Shown piece by piece: positions 52,188 to 61,400 of a stretch of DNA of 64,000 bases. The DNA is from Dehalococcoidales bacterium. GTDB lineage: Bacteria > Chloroflexota > Dehalococcoidia > Dehalococcoidales > RBG-16-60-22. Under the pieces are notes generated by a model. The model saw only the letters and a program-made list of their open reading frames with translations, was not told the DNA's origin and did not search any database. The stretch lies in assembly GCA_034430495.1 (NCBI GenBank), contig DAOUEG010000048.1, positions 709 through 64,708 of the forward strand, written 5' to 3'. The position numbers and the translations under genes were made by a program. Numbering within the stretch: position 1 is the stretch's first letter; the number at the start of each line of letters is the position of its first letter.

Positions 52188-53372
52188 ATGACCGAGACAA
52201 ACGGCACCAAGAAAGCGGCGCTGAAAGACATTATCCTCAAGCTCCACGAGGGGCTCACCGCCGAGGCGGCCAGGGACCGCTTCGAGAAGGAAGTGGGCAA
52301 CGTGACCTCGACGGAGATAGCCGAGCTGGAGCAGGGGCTCCTCGACGAGGGGCTCACCGCGGAGGAAATCAAGAAGTTCTGCAACGTCCACGCCCTCATC
52401 TTCCAGAGCGCGCTGGAAAGCGTCGAGATGGCGGAGACCTCGCCCTCGCACCCGGTCTACCTCTTCAAGCAGGAGAACCGGGAGATAGAGAAGCTGCTCG
52501 ACGCCCTGCAGCGGGCGAAAGCCAAGAAGGGCATGACGGCCCTGCTGACGATGCTGCGCGGCATCGCCACCCACTACGAGCGCAAGGAGCAGTTCCTCTT
52601 CCCGTTCCTCGAAAAGAAGAATTTTACCGGGCCGTCCAAGGTGATGTGGGGCAAGGACAACGAGATACGCGATATGCTCAAGGCGGCCATCGCCGAGCTC
52701 AAGGACACGCCGGCGGAGAAGCTGGAGACATTCCGGGAGAAGACCCTCGCCCCGCTCATCGAGGAAGTGAACGGCATGATTTTCAAAGAGGAGAACATCC
52801 TCTTCTCCACGGCCCTGGAAAAGCTCGACGCGGCGGACTGGGTGGAAATCCTGCGGGAGAGCGAGGAGGTGGGCTACGTGTTCATCGAAAAGCCCGCCGA
52901 GGCCTCCCACCTCATCGCCAACCTGACCGGGACGGTCGTCGAGGAGGCCTGTGTCGGCGACGGCGTCATCACCTTCCCGACGGGCGCTATATCGGCCGCC
53001 GAGATACTGCCGCTCCTCAACGCGCTGCCGGTGGACATCACCTTCGTCGGCGCGGACGATACGGTCAAGTACTTCTCCAAGGGCAAAGACCGCATTTTCA
53101 CCCGCTCGACGTCCATCATCGGGCGGAACGTCAAGAACTGCCACCCGCCCCAGAGCCTCGACGCGGTGGAGCGCATCGTGCAGTCCTTCAAGGACGGCAG
53201 CCGGGACTCCTACGAGTTCTGGCTGACCATCGCCGGCAAGTTCATCTACATCCGGTTCTTCGCGCTGCGGGACGCCGCCGGGAAGTACCTGGGGGTCATC
53301 GAGGTGGCGCAGGACGTGACCCGCATCCGGGCCCTGGAGGGAGAAAAGAGGCTGATAGATGAGCGAGATTGA
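52188..53372 (+). CDS. DUF438 domain protein (hemerythrin-like plus PAS-like regions)
   Basis: N-terminus LKDIILKLHEGLTAEAARDRFEKEV...FCNVHALIF, and C-terminal VGADDTVKYFSKGKDRIFTRS...GRNVKNCHPP. This is the typical DUF438 architecture (recalled). Confidence 0.65.
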   Translation: MTETNGTKKAALKDIILKLHEGLTAEAARDRFEKEVGNVTSTEIAELEQGLLDEGLTAEEIKKFCNVHALIFQSALESVEMAETSPSHPVYLFKQENREIEKLLDALQRAKAKKGMTALLTMLRGIATHYERKEQFLFPFLEKKNFTGPSKVMWGKDNEIRDMLKAAIAELKDTPAEKLETFREKTLAPLIEEVNGMIFKEENILFSTALEKLDAADWVEILRESEEVGYVFIEKPAEASHLIANLTGTVVEEACVGDGVITFPTGAISAAEILPLLNALPVDITFVGADDTVKYFSKGKDRIFTRSTSIIGRNVKNCHPPQSLDAVERIVQSFKDGSRDSYEFWLTIAGKFIYIRFFALRDAAGKYLGVIEVAQDVTRIRALEGEKRLIDERD

Positions 53373-53583
53373 TCTGAACAGCACGCTGTTCGAAATAACC
53401 GAGGCGCACAGGGACCTCATCCCGGTGCTGGCGGAGCTCGGCTTCGCCGGGGTGACCAACGAGGCCATGCGCACCACCCACGCCAAGGTGATGACGCTCA
53501 CCAGCGGCAGCGAGCAGCTGGGTATTGACCCGGTGAAAATCCGGGCGGCGCTCGAAGCCGCCGGCTATACGGTCAAGACCTAG
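53359..53583 (+). CDS. DUF1858 domain protein
   Basis: 74 aa with LFEITEAHRDLIPVLAELGF. It is the usual small partner of DUF438 genes and overlaps that gene by 14 nt. Confidence 0.6.
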   Translation: MSEIDLNSTLFEITEAHRDLIPVLAELGFAGVTNEAMRTTHAKVMTLTSGSEQLGIDPVKIRAALEAAGYTVKT

Positions 53584-53595
53584 GAACGGAGGTAT

Positions 53596-54138
53596 ATGCG
53601 TATGCACCTGCAGCACTGGGTTCTGCTGGCCATCATGGCGGCCGGAGGGGCGGCGGTCATCGGCAGCTATGTCTGGGGATTCAGCGCGCACCCGGGTTCC
53701 GCCGAGGCGCTGTGGGGCGGGGTCACCGGCTGGCTGCGGCAGTTCAACTACGTCACCATGCTGCTGGCCGCGCTGGGCTACTTCGCTTTCGCGTTCTGGC
53801 TGTTCTTCCGGGCCGACCCGGACACGGTAACGGTTTTCGGCGGGGCGCGCTACTGGCTGTTCCACGTTATCTTCGTGGTTATCCTGGTGCCGTCGGCGCT
53901 GTGGATGCCGCTGCTTTTCGGCTACCTGGCCCAGCCGGGCGGCGGGCAATGGGCGGCGGTCAGGCTGGTGCTCGTGCTGGCAGGCATCGGGTCGCTGGCG
54001 CTACTGGCCGCCATCCTTACCGTGAGCCCGCGCGAGACCGGAACGTCTTACTGGCTGGCGGTCGCCGGGGCGGCGGCCTTCTGCGTGCAAACGGCCGTGC
54101 TCGACATGCTGGCGTGGCCGGCGCTGTTCAGGACCTAG
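53596..54138 (+). CDS. Hypothetical integral membrane protein
   Basis: ~5 hydrophobic helices. No recognisable family. Confidence 0.5.
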   Translation: MRMHLQHWVLLAIMAAGGAAVIGSYVWGFSAHPGSAEALWGGVTGWLRQFNYVTMLLAALGYFAFAFWLFFRADPDTVTVFGGARYWLFHVIFVVILVPSALWMPLLFGYLAQPGGGQWAAVRLVLVLAGIGSLALLAAILTVSPRETGTSYWLAVAGAAAFCVQTAVLDMLAWPALFRT

Positions 54139-54983
54139 GGGGCGGCGCGTTCCCGGGTGCCGACGAGCAGCACGCCGGGGCCGCCGTGCACGCCCAGGCC
54201 GGCGCCCATCTCGAACACCGGTATCTGTTCTTTCGGGAACAGACCACCGAGGCGCTCCCGCAGTGTCTCCGCCCGGTCCGACACGGCGCTGTGCACGATG
54301 ACCACCTCCGCCAGATCACGCTTGTCCGCCACGAAGCCGCAGAGCCGGTCCAGGCCGGCGGACAGGCTCCGCACCATCCCGGCCCGGACGATTTGACCCT
54401 CCCGGAAGGTAAGCAGCGGCATGACGTTGATGATGGCAGCCACCATGCCGATGGCCCGCGACACGCGGCCGCCCCGCACGAGGTACTTCATGGTGCTGAA
54501 CATGCCGAGCATGTCCGTCCGGCGCAGGGCCGCGCGGGTGCGCTCGAGAACGGCCGTATAGTCGCTGCCGGCTTGAGCCGCGCGGGCCGCCTCCATGACG
54601 ACGATCGCCAGACCGGCCGAGTTCAAGCCGGAGTCAATCACCTCTATCGGACACCGGGGGTGGAGGTTCGCGGCGGCGATGGCGGCGGCGTTGCAGGTCC
54701 CGCTGATTTTCGAGGAAATGTGGATGGAAACGATGCCCTCCGCATCGTCGCAGAAAGCGGCGTAGGCGTTCTCGAAGTCCTCCGGCGTGGGCTGGGAACT
54801 GGCCGGATGATGGGGTGATTCCGCCAGGAGACGGAAAAACTCGTCCGGAGTGATGTCCACGCCGTCACGGTATGCCCGGTCCCTGAAACGCACGTAGATG
54901 GGCACCACGGCAATGCCGAGTTCAGCAGCCAGCCCAGGAGGGATATCCGCGGTGCTGTCAGTGACGATTTTGACAGCCATCAC
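54135..54983 (-). CDS. degV: DegV-family fatty-acid-binding protein
   Basis: MMAVKIVTDSTADIP...DGVDITPDEFF...SSQPTPEDF...HISSKISGT. Confidence 0.85.
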   Translation of the reverse strand: MMAVKIVTDSTADIPPGLAAELGIAVVPIYVRFRDRAYRDGVDITPDEFFRLLAESPHHPASSQPTPEDFENAYAAFCDDAEGIVSIHISSKISGTCNAAAIAAANLHPRCPIEVIDSGLNSAGLAIVVMEAARAAQAGSDYTAVLERTRAALRRTDMLGMFSTMKYLVRGGRVSRAIGMVAAIINVMPLLTFREGQIVRAGMVRSLSAGLDRLCGFVADKRDLAEVVIVHSAVSDRAETLRERLGGLFPKEQIPVFEMGAGLGVHGGPGVLLVGTRERAAP

Positions 54984-54989
54984 TCGCCT

Positions 54990-55757
54990 CTATACCGGGC
55001 GCAGCGTCCCGGCGAACACCTGCCAGGCGAGGGCGGACTTGGCGACCAGGCTGAGCAAGATGTACGCCTTCTCGCCGTAGAGGTAGTCCCGCCACTTCCC
55101 CACCTTCCGGTACTGGAACACCATGTTCAGCGCAAAGCTGAAGAAGAAGACGAACAGGGTGGGCAGGATGACGTACACGAAGGTCGGGACGCCGCCGCCC
55201 GCCTGCGCCAGCGAGCCGAAGAAGTAGATGGCGATGGCCACCCACGGGGCGACGCCGGCCAGGCAGCCGACCCAGAAGGAGAGCCAGTGCGTCTTCTCCG
55301 TGGTCTGGTTGTGGACCTCCATGATGAGCCCGCAGAGGTTCATGACGGCGGTGAGGACGAAGGCCATCAGCAGCGCGCCGAGGTCGTAGACGCCGCAGAG
55401 CATCCCGATGAGCACGATCATCAGCGAGGCGCTGAGGGCGTACTCGTACCAGCGGGCCTTGTTGATGCCCTTGCTCAGGTTGGCGGTGTACCACCGGTAG
55501 GCCGGCCCGGCCACGGTGAAGTGGGCCAGCGCGGAGAGGAAGAGGAAGACGGCCACCATGATGCCGAGCGGCAGCTCCACGAGGGCGTCCGTGGACGGCC
55601 AGAGCTTGCCGAGCGACTGGTTCAGGGTGAGGAATGACGTGGTGACGGGCAGGGTGAAATTGTTGCTGAGGACGATGATGACCACGCCCTGGGCCAGGTG
55701 CAGGCAGCCCATGACGAGGTTGTAGGTGCGCAGCCGGCGGAATGGGGTCTCGCTCAT
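54990..55757 (-). CDS. Heliorhodopsin (255 aa, 7-TM retinal protein family)
   Basis: RRLRTYNLVMGCLHLAQ (TM1 His), LSALAHF (TM2 His), RWYEYALSASLMIVLI (TM3 Glu counterion position), FWVGCLAGVAPW, and GEKAYILLSLVAKSALAWQVFAGTL (TM7 Schiff-base Lys). These blocks are colinear with heliorhodopsin 48C12 as recalled. ATG 55757 has a GGAGG SD. Confidence 0.85.
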   Translation of the reverse strand: MSETPFRRLRTYNLVMGCLHLAQGVVIIVLSNNFTLPVTTSFLTLNQSLGKLWPSTDALVELPLGIMVAVFLFLSALAHFTVAGPAYRWYTANLSKGINKARWYEYALSASLMIVLIGMLCGVYDLGALLMAFVLTAVMNLCGLIMEVHNQTTEKTHWLSFWVGCLAGVAPWVAIAIYFFGSLAQAGGGVPTFVYVILPTLFVFFFSFALNMVFQYRKVGKWRDYLYGEKAYILLSLVAKSALAWQVFAGTLRPV

Positions 55758-55790
55758 ACGAAGCCTCCTTCCACGAGGTTGTGGTGAGGC

Positions 55791-55820
55791 ATTGTAACCG
55801 ATGGCGCTGCCCTCTGTCAA
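55791..55820 (-). promoter_or_regulatory. Candidate promoter of the heliorhodopsin-degV unit
   Basis: Minus strand: TTGACA (55820-55815), 18 nt, TACAAT (55796-55791), ~35 nt upstream of the heliorhodopsin ATG. Confidence 0.5.
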
Positions 55821-55835
55821 TACCCTCGCGGGAGT

Positions 55836-56852
55836 TCAGGCCGGGCCGTCGAGGACGCGGCGGGCGCGGACGGTGACCCACTTATTCGGCCGGCCGCCGC
55901 GGCCCCAGTCGCACCAGGTCTTGCCGGCGTAGTTGTACTCCATCTTCCACGTCCCCTGGAGGCCGCCCTTGTCGCGGATGTACTCGAGCGTCCCGGCGAG
56001 GCGGGGGTCGTTGCCATAGCCCAGGCCGGCGAGCGCTCCGGCGACCTGGAGGATATCCGTCACGTAGAACACGGGGAAGCCGAACTTCCACCAGTTGGGG
56101 CTCGGCTTGGGGGCGTAGCCGCAGGGCCAGGCGGCGGTCACCGGGTCCACCGAGAAGAGGAAGTCCACCCCGACCCGGATGGCGGCCTCGATGCGGGGGG
56201 TGCGGTCCTCACGGGGGAGCTTCGAGAAGGCGAGCATGACCTTGGCGGCGCCCCAGGCGCAGGGGAGCTTGTTGTTTGGGCCGCAGCGGAAACCGGGGCC
56301 GCACTTGTAGGCGTAGTAGCGGAGCGGTGCATCACGGTCTTTTTGTTCGGCTATTCCTTCTCCCGTGACGGTGCGGGCCATCCAGTCGAAGGCATTCTCC
56401 AGCTTTTCCGGCGCGACGCCGAGGTCGAGGAGGACGGCCAGCATATTGCCCTGGAGGCAGTCGATGGTGCCGCCGGGCGCGCCGTTGTAGGAAATCTGCC
56501 CCGCCGGCGTCACGGCGTGGTCCAGGTAGTAATTTGCGGCGGCGCCGAGGCGCGGGTCCTCATCGATGGAGGCGCCGAGCTGGGCGAGGGCGATCAGCGA
56601 CCACACGCCGCTCCGGTACTTGGGCCCGTAGCCCCCGCCGGGCTTGACCCAGTAGCCGTCCGGGTGCATGTTGGCGAGGATTTGGGCGATGGGGCCGCGG
56701 CGGTGCGCCTCGCGGCGGGCGGCGGCGAGCTCCGGCTCGTCGGCGGGGAAGAGGTGGCGGAGGGCCAGGTAGCGCGGGCCGGGGTCGGCGGGGTCGAGGA
56801 GCCAGTCCGCGATGTCCGGGGAGGCAACACTCCGGGACATACCACACCTCAC
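55836..56852 (-). CDS. Hypothetical protein, possibly alpha/alpha-toroid (prenyltransferase / terpene-cyclase-like repeat) fold
   Basis: Repeated aromatic/Gly-rich segments (HPDGYWV..GGYG, WSLIALAQLG, CLQGNMLAVLLDLG, WGAAKVMLAF) are reminiscent of toroid repeats. The assignment is weak. Confidence 0.4.
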   Translation of the reverse strand: MRCGMSRSVASPDIADWLLDPADPGPRYLALRHLFPADEPELAAARREAHRRGPIAQILANMHPDGYWVKPGGGYGPKYRSGVWSLIALAQLGASIDEDPRLGAAANYYLDHAVTPAGQISYNGAPGGTIDCLQGNMLAVLLDLGVAPEKLENAFDWMARTVTGEGIAEQKDRDAPLRYYAYKCGPGFRCGPNNKLPCAWGAAKVMLAFSKLPREDRTPRIEAAIRVGVDFLFSVDPVTAAWPCGYAPKPSPNWWKFGFPVFYVTDILQVAGALAGLGYGNDPRLAGTLEYIRDKGGLQGTWKMEYNYAGKTWCDWGRGGRPNKWVTVRARRVLDGPA

Positions 56853-56907
56853 ACGGGAGATTCCGGGGACAGTATAGCCGGAAACGGGGAGGGCGGCAAG
56901 ACGCCCG

Positions 56908-58353
56908 TCACTCCATGACGGTCACCGGGACCGGTCCCGTCTCGGGACCGGAACCCGAGTCCAGGCCGCCATCGGGATCGCCTTCGCCGGACCTGGCCTG
57001 GCGGCGGAAGCCCCGCAGCACCGGTATGACGAGCGACGTTACGAGCAGCGTCGTTAGCAGGTCCGAGCCGGGGAAGGACAGCCAGAGCCCGTTGAGGCCG
57101 ATGAACCGCGGCACGATGAGGACGATGGGAATGAGGAAGAGCACCTGCCGGGCGACCGCCACGATGAAGGCCGGTACCGCCCGGCCGATGGCCTGGAACA
57201 CCATGAGGCCCACGTTGACGAAGCCGAGCAGCGGCATACCGAGGAACATGAACTTGGCCGCCCCGACGGCGACGCTGATGAGCTCCGTATCATTCGTGAA
57301 GACGCGTATCATGGGCGCCGGGATGAAGTAGAGGAAGAGGAACATGACGCTGCCGAGAATGGTGGAGGCCGCGAAGGCCATGACGACGACCTTCATGGCC
57401 AGGCCGAACCGCCGGGCGCCGTAGTTGTAGCCGAGGATGGGCTGGGCCCCCTGGGCGAGCACGAGCGACGGCATGATGGCGAACATGAAGATGCGCTGGA
57501 TGATCCCGAAGGCGGACAGGGCGTAGTCGCCGCCATAGTGCACGACGGAGTTGATGAGGATCATCGCGGACAGACTGCCGCTGACGGTCTGCACGAAGGC
57601 GCCGACGCCGATGGAGAACATCGGGCGGATGATGGCCATTTTCAGCCTCAGGTTGGCCAGGCGCACCTTGAGGAAGCTGTTGCCGTTGAAGTAGTAGAGC
57701 GCCAGGAAGACGAGCGACACCGCCTGGGAGATGAAGGTGGCCCAGGCCGCGCCCTTGACGCCGTAGCCGAGCCAGGCGATGAAGGTGGCATCAAAGATGA
57801 TGTTGGTCACGGCGCCGAGTATCATGGCCACCATGCCGACCCGGGCGTTGCCCTCGGCGCGGGTGTAGTTGAGCAGCGCTAGGGACAGTATCTGGAACGG
57901 CAGCGCGTACATGACGATGCTCAGGTAGTCCCGGGCGAAGGGCAGTACCTCGTCCGTGGCGCCGATGAGCCGCAGCCAGTAGTTGACGAGCGGCAGCACG
58001 AGCGCCATGACGATTACGGAGATGAGAATGCCCAGGCTCAGCCCGTTGCCGAGCGCCTTCTCCGCGTCCTCCGACCGGCCGGCGCCGATGTAGCGCGAGA
58101 TGAGGGACATGCCGCCGATGCCGACCATCTGGCCCATGCCCATGCCGAGCATCTGGATGGGGAAGACGATGGAGAGACCGGCGATGCCGAGCGGCCCCAC
58201 GTTGTGCCCGACGAAGATGGTGTTCATGACGTTGTACATCGTCTGGACGAACATGCCGAGGAAGACCGGCATGGAGAGATGGAAGAGGAGCCGGCCGATG
58301 CGGTCCGTATCCAGGGCGTGATGCAGGCTGGTGGGGGAGGCCGTCTGTTTCAT
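56908..58353 (-). CDS. MATE-family efflux transporter
   Basis: 12-TM protein whose N-terminus has the typical MATE start: RIGRLLFHLSMPVFLGMFVQTMYNVMNTIFVGH. Confidence 0.85.
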   Translation of the reverse strand: MKQTASPTSLHHALDTDRIGRLLFHLSMPVFLGMFVQTMYNVMNTIFVGHNVGPLGIAGLSIVFPIQMLGMGMGQMVGIGGMSLISRYIGAGRSEDAEKALGNGLSLGILISVIVMALVLPLVNYWLRLIGATDEVLPFARDYLSIVMYALPFQILSLALLNYTRAEGNARVGMVAMILGAVTNIIFDATFIAWLGYGVKGAAWATFISQAVSLVFLALYYFNGNSFLKVRLANLRLKMAIIRPMFSIGVGAFVQTVSGSLSAMILINSVVHYGGDYALSAFGIIQRIFMFAIMPSLVLAQGAQPILGYNYGARRFGLAMKVVVMAFAASTILGSVMFLFLYFIPAPMIRVFTNDTELISVAVGAAKFMFLGMPLLGFVNVGLMVFQAIGRAVPAFIVAVARQVLFLIPIVLIVPRFIGLNGLWLSFPGSDLLTTLLVTSLVIPVLRGFRRQARSGEGDPDGGLDSGSGPETGPVPVTVME

Positions 58354-58356
58354 GGC

Positions 58357-59790
58357 TCAGTCCGCGGCGGGGCTCTCCTCCGGGTGAAGTAGCGGCTGCC
58401 CGTGGAGCGCCGGGGCGCTCCCGCCGGGCCCGCCCGCCTGGGACCGGAAGTACCGGATGACGGGGACGATGAGGATGATGACCAAGGTGAAGGTAAAGGT
58501 ATCCGATACGGGGAAGGTGAACCAGACCCCGTTGAGGCCCAGGAAGTGGGCCAGGATGAAGACGGCCGGGATGAGGAAGAGGACGGGCCGGGCGATGGCG
58601 GCCACGAAGGCCCGCCGGGCCTTGCCGATGGCTTGGAATATCATCGTCCCGATGCCGATGGGGGCGATGAGAGGCAGGGAGAGGAGCATGCGGCGGGAAG
58701 CGTCCGCCCCCAGGTTGACGAGCTCGACGTCATCACTGAATATCCGCATGATGGCGTCCGGGATGAAGTACACCACCAGGAAGCCCGCGATGCTGAGCGC
58801 GACGCCCAGGGCGAGCGCCTGGTTCATGGATTTCAGCAGCAGGCCGAACCGCTTGGCGCCGTAGTTGAAGCCGATGATGGGCTGGGCGCCCTGGCTGAGG
58901 ACCATGGCCGGCATGTTGGCGAACATCATGATGCGCTGGACGATGCCGAAGGCGCCGACGGCGAAATCGCCGCCGTGGCGCTCCACCATGTTGATGACGA
59001 TCATCACCGAGAGACTGCCGGCGAACATCTGGGCGAAGGCCCCGAGGCCGATGCCGACCATCTCCTTCATGATCCCGAAGTCCGGCCGCAGGTTGACGCG
59101 GCGGACTTTCAGGTAGCTGTTGCCGTTCCAGTAGTAGAGGGCGAGATAGCCGGTGGCCACCAGCTGGGCCAGCAGCACGGCCAGGCCGGCACCCTCGACG
59201 CCCCAGCCGAGCCAGACGATGAAGACGAAGCTGAACAGGATGCTGAGGAGCGCCCCGGAGACCATGGCCACCATGCCGACGCGGGCGTTGCCCTCGGCGC
59301 GGGCGAAGTTCAGCAGCGAGGTGGACACCACCTGGAACAGGATGGCCACGCCGACGTAAAGCATGTAGCCGTGGGCGTAGGGCAAGACCTCCTCCGAGGC
59401 GCCGATGAGCCGCAGCCAGAAATCGAGGAACGGCAGCAGCGCCAGCATCATGACGCCGCTCAGGATGAGCGACAGGGTGATGCCGTTGCCGAGGGACTTC
59501 TCCGCCCGCTCGTTCTCGCGGGCGCCGAGCATCCGGGAGATGAGCGACATGCCGCCGATGCCGGACAGGCTGCCGAGGCCGAAGCCCATCATCTGGAGGG
59601 GGAAGGCGACGGACAGGCCGGCGATACCCAGCGGCCCCACATCCCGGCCGATGAAAATCGTGCTGATGATGTTGTACATGGACTGCACGAACATGCCCAT
59701 GAAGACCGGTCCGGACAGCTTGAAAAGGAGCTTGCCGACGGCCTCGGTATCGAGGATATTCTTATAGTCTTGCCCGGCGCGTTGCTGCAT
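58357..59790 (-). CDS. MATE-family efflux transporter (tandem paralog)
   Basis: AVGKLLFKLSGPVFMGMFVQSMYNIISTIFIGR. It is colinear with the downstream paralog. Confidence 0.85.
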   Translation of the reverse strand: MQQRAGQDYKNILDTEAVGKLLFKLSGPVFMGMFVQSMYNIISTIFIGRDVGPLGIAGLSVAFPLQMMGFGLGSLSGIGGMSLISRMLGARENERAEKSLGNGITLSLILSGVMMLALLPFLDFWLRLIGASEEVLPYAHGYMLYVGVAILFQVVSTSLLNFARAEGNARVGMVAMVSGALLSILFSFVFIVWLGWGVEGAGLAVLLAQLVATGYLALYYWNGNSYLKVRRVNLRPDFGIMKEMVGIGLGAFAQMFAGSLSVMIVINMVERHGGDFAVGAFGIVQRIMMFANMPAMVLSQGAQPIIGFNYGAKRFGLLLKSMNQALALGVALSIAGFLVVYFIPDAIMRIFSDDVELVNLGADASRRMLLSLPLIAPIGIGTMIFQAIGKARRAFVAAIARPVLFLIPAVFILAHFLGLNGVWFTFPVSDTFTFTLVIILIVPVIRYFRSQAGGPGGSAPALHGQPLLHPEESPAAD

Positions 59791-59807
59791 TGTTCCCTTC
59801 GGTCTGG

Positions 59808-60266
59808 TCAGGCTTCCAGCTTGAAGAGGGCGTCCCGCACGTTCCGGAGCGCCCGGCAGAGGGACGCCAGCTCATCCGGTTCCAGGGAGGACATGTTCTC
59901 CCGGACGGCGTTGACGATGGTGTCTTCCTGCTCCCGGACGAAGCGGCGGCCGGCCCTGGTGAGGCCGATGTTGAGGGTGCGGCGGTCGGCGGTGTCCGGC
60001 TCACGCTCGACGAGGCCGAGCCCCACGAGGTGGTCAATGATGTGGGTCATCTGGGCCTTGGCGAGGACGAGCTGCTCCCCGATGCGGGCGACGTGAAGGG
60101 TGCCTTCCTGGTCGAGGAGGCGCAGCACCTCGTAGTGGGTGAACTTGATGTCCACGTCCAGGTCCGCCAGGGTGGTCTTGATAATCTTCTTGCGGATGAT
60201 GCGGAAGACGAGCGGCGGCAGGGAAAGCAGGTCCGCCGCGACCTTTTCAATGGTTTCCTCGGTCAT
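59808..60266 (-). CDS. MarR-family transcriptional regulator
   Basis: FTHYEVLRLLDQEGTLHVARIGEQLVLAKAQMTHIIDHLVGLGLVEREPDTADRRTLNIGLT is a winged HTH. ATG 60266 has a GGAGG SD 9 nt upstream. The longest ORF extends to 60353. Confidence 0.8.
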   Translation of the reverse strand: MTEETIEKVAADLLSLPPLVFRIIRKKIIKTTLADLDVDIKFTHYEVLRLLDQEGTLHVARIGEQLVLAKAQMTHIIDHLVGLGLVEREPDTADRRTLNIGLTRAGRRFVREQEDTIVNAVRENMSSLEPDELASLCRALRNVRDALFKLEA

Positions 60267-60300
60267 GGGCCCGTTCCTCCGTAGGTTGCTCGCGGACATG

Positions 60301-60317
60301 GTATACTCTGTATACAG
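60301..60317. promoter_or_regulatory. GTATAC repeats / 10-bp palindrome upstream of marR (candidate operator)
   Basis: GTATAC-tct-GTATAC, with the perfect palindrome CTGTATACAG at 60308-60317, in the AT-rich marR/SDR divergent region. Confidence 0.35.
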
Positions 60318-60438
60318 TTTACATTTTGACTGTTGAGAAATTATATAGTTCATATATTAAACTAAAAATACCCGGCCGTCAAGAGGACTTTCGTCCTGCC
60401 GGAGCCTTTCCGGCAGGCTCGAAACGAGCGTGCGCCAT

Positions 60439-60467
60439 TTGACAGTCCCCCGGCAAAACAATAAGAT
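60439..60467 (+). promoter_or_regulatory. Candidate promoter of the SDR-thiolase cluster
   Basis: TTGACA (60439-60444), 17 nt, TAAGAT (60462-60467). Confidence 0.45.
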
Positions 60468-60514
60468 TGAGGAAGACCGCGTTCCCTACTACCAGGACGA
60501 CAGGAGGTATCCCG

Positions 60515-61279
60515 ATGGCAGGCATGTTCCAGGGAAAAGTTGCGCTCGTGACGGGGGCCGGGCTCGGGCTGGGGCGCTGCTCGGCGCAGGCGTTCGCCCG
60601 CGAGGGTGCCAGGGTGGTGGTGGCGGATATTGACGAGAAGCTCGGCAGCGAGACCGTGGCGCTCATCAAGAAGGACGGCGGCGAGGCCGCCTTCGTCAAG
60701 GTGGACGTCAGCGACGACGCCCAGATGAAGGCGCTCATCGAGCAGACCGTCGCCCTCTACGGCGGGCTCAACTTCGCCCACAACAACGTCGGCATCGAGG
60801 AACTGCCGGAGCAGATTACCGACGCTACCGCGGAGAAATTCGACAACCTCGTGGCCGTTGACCTCAAGGGCGTCTGGCTCGGGCTGAAGTACGAGATAGC
60901 CTGGATGGAAAAGCACGGCGGCGGGAGCATCGTCAACACCTCGTCCATCGCCGGGCTCATCGGGGCACCGGGGCAGATTATCTACTCCGGCTGCAAGTGG
61001 GGCGTCAACGGCATGACCAAGGCGGCCGCCGGGATGTACGGCAAGGCCGGCATCCGCATCAACGCCGTCTGCCCGGCCGGCATGAAGGGGACCGGGTTCT
61101 ACAACCGGATGCTGGACTTCAATCCCGGCATGGCCCAGGCCGTGGTGGACATGGTGCCGCTGGGGCGGGACGCGGACCCGGCCGAGGTGGCCGAGGCGGT
61201 CGTCTGGCTGTGCTCGGACAAGGCCGCCTACGTCACCGGTATCCTCATGCCGGTGGACGGCGGCTTCACCATCACCTAG
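60515..61279 (+). CDS. Short-chain dehydrogenase/reductase (SDR)
   Basis: ALVTGAGLGLGR (TGxxxGxG), NNVG, and S...YSGCKWG (YxxxK). Confidence 0.85.
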   Translation: MAGMFQGKVALVTGAGLGLGRCSAQAFAREGARVVVADIDEKLGSETVALIKKDGGEAAFVKVDVSDDAQMKALIEQTVALYGGLNFAHNNVGIEELPEQITDATAEKFDNLVAVDLKGVWLGLKYEIAWMEKHGGGSIVNTSSIAGLIGAPGQIIYSGCKWGVNGMTKAAAGMYGKAGIRINAVCPAGMKGTGFYNRMLDFNPGMAQAVVDMVPLGRDADPAEVAEAVVWLCSDKAAYVTGILMPVDGGFTIT

Positions 61280-61400
61280 CTTTTCAAGCGCCCCCGAACC
61301 GAATCGGAGGCGTCGTAGTTTTACGCCCGTGTCACCCTTCGACCGGCCCCGAGCGCCGGCCTTGCGGACGTGACCGGACGGCGAGAAAGGAAACCGGGAT

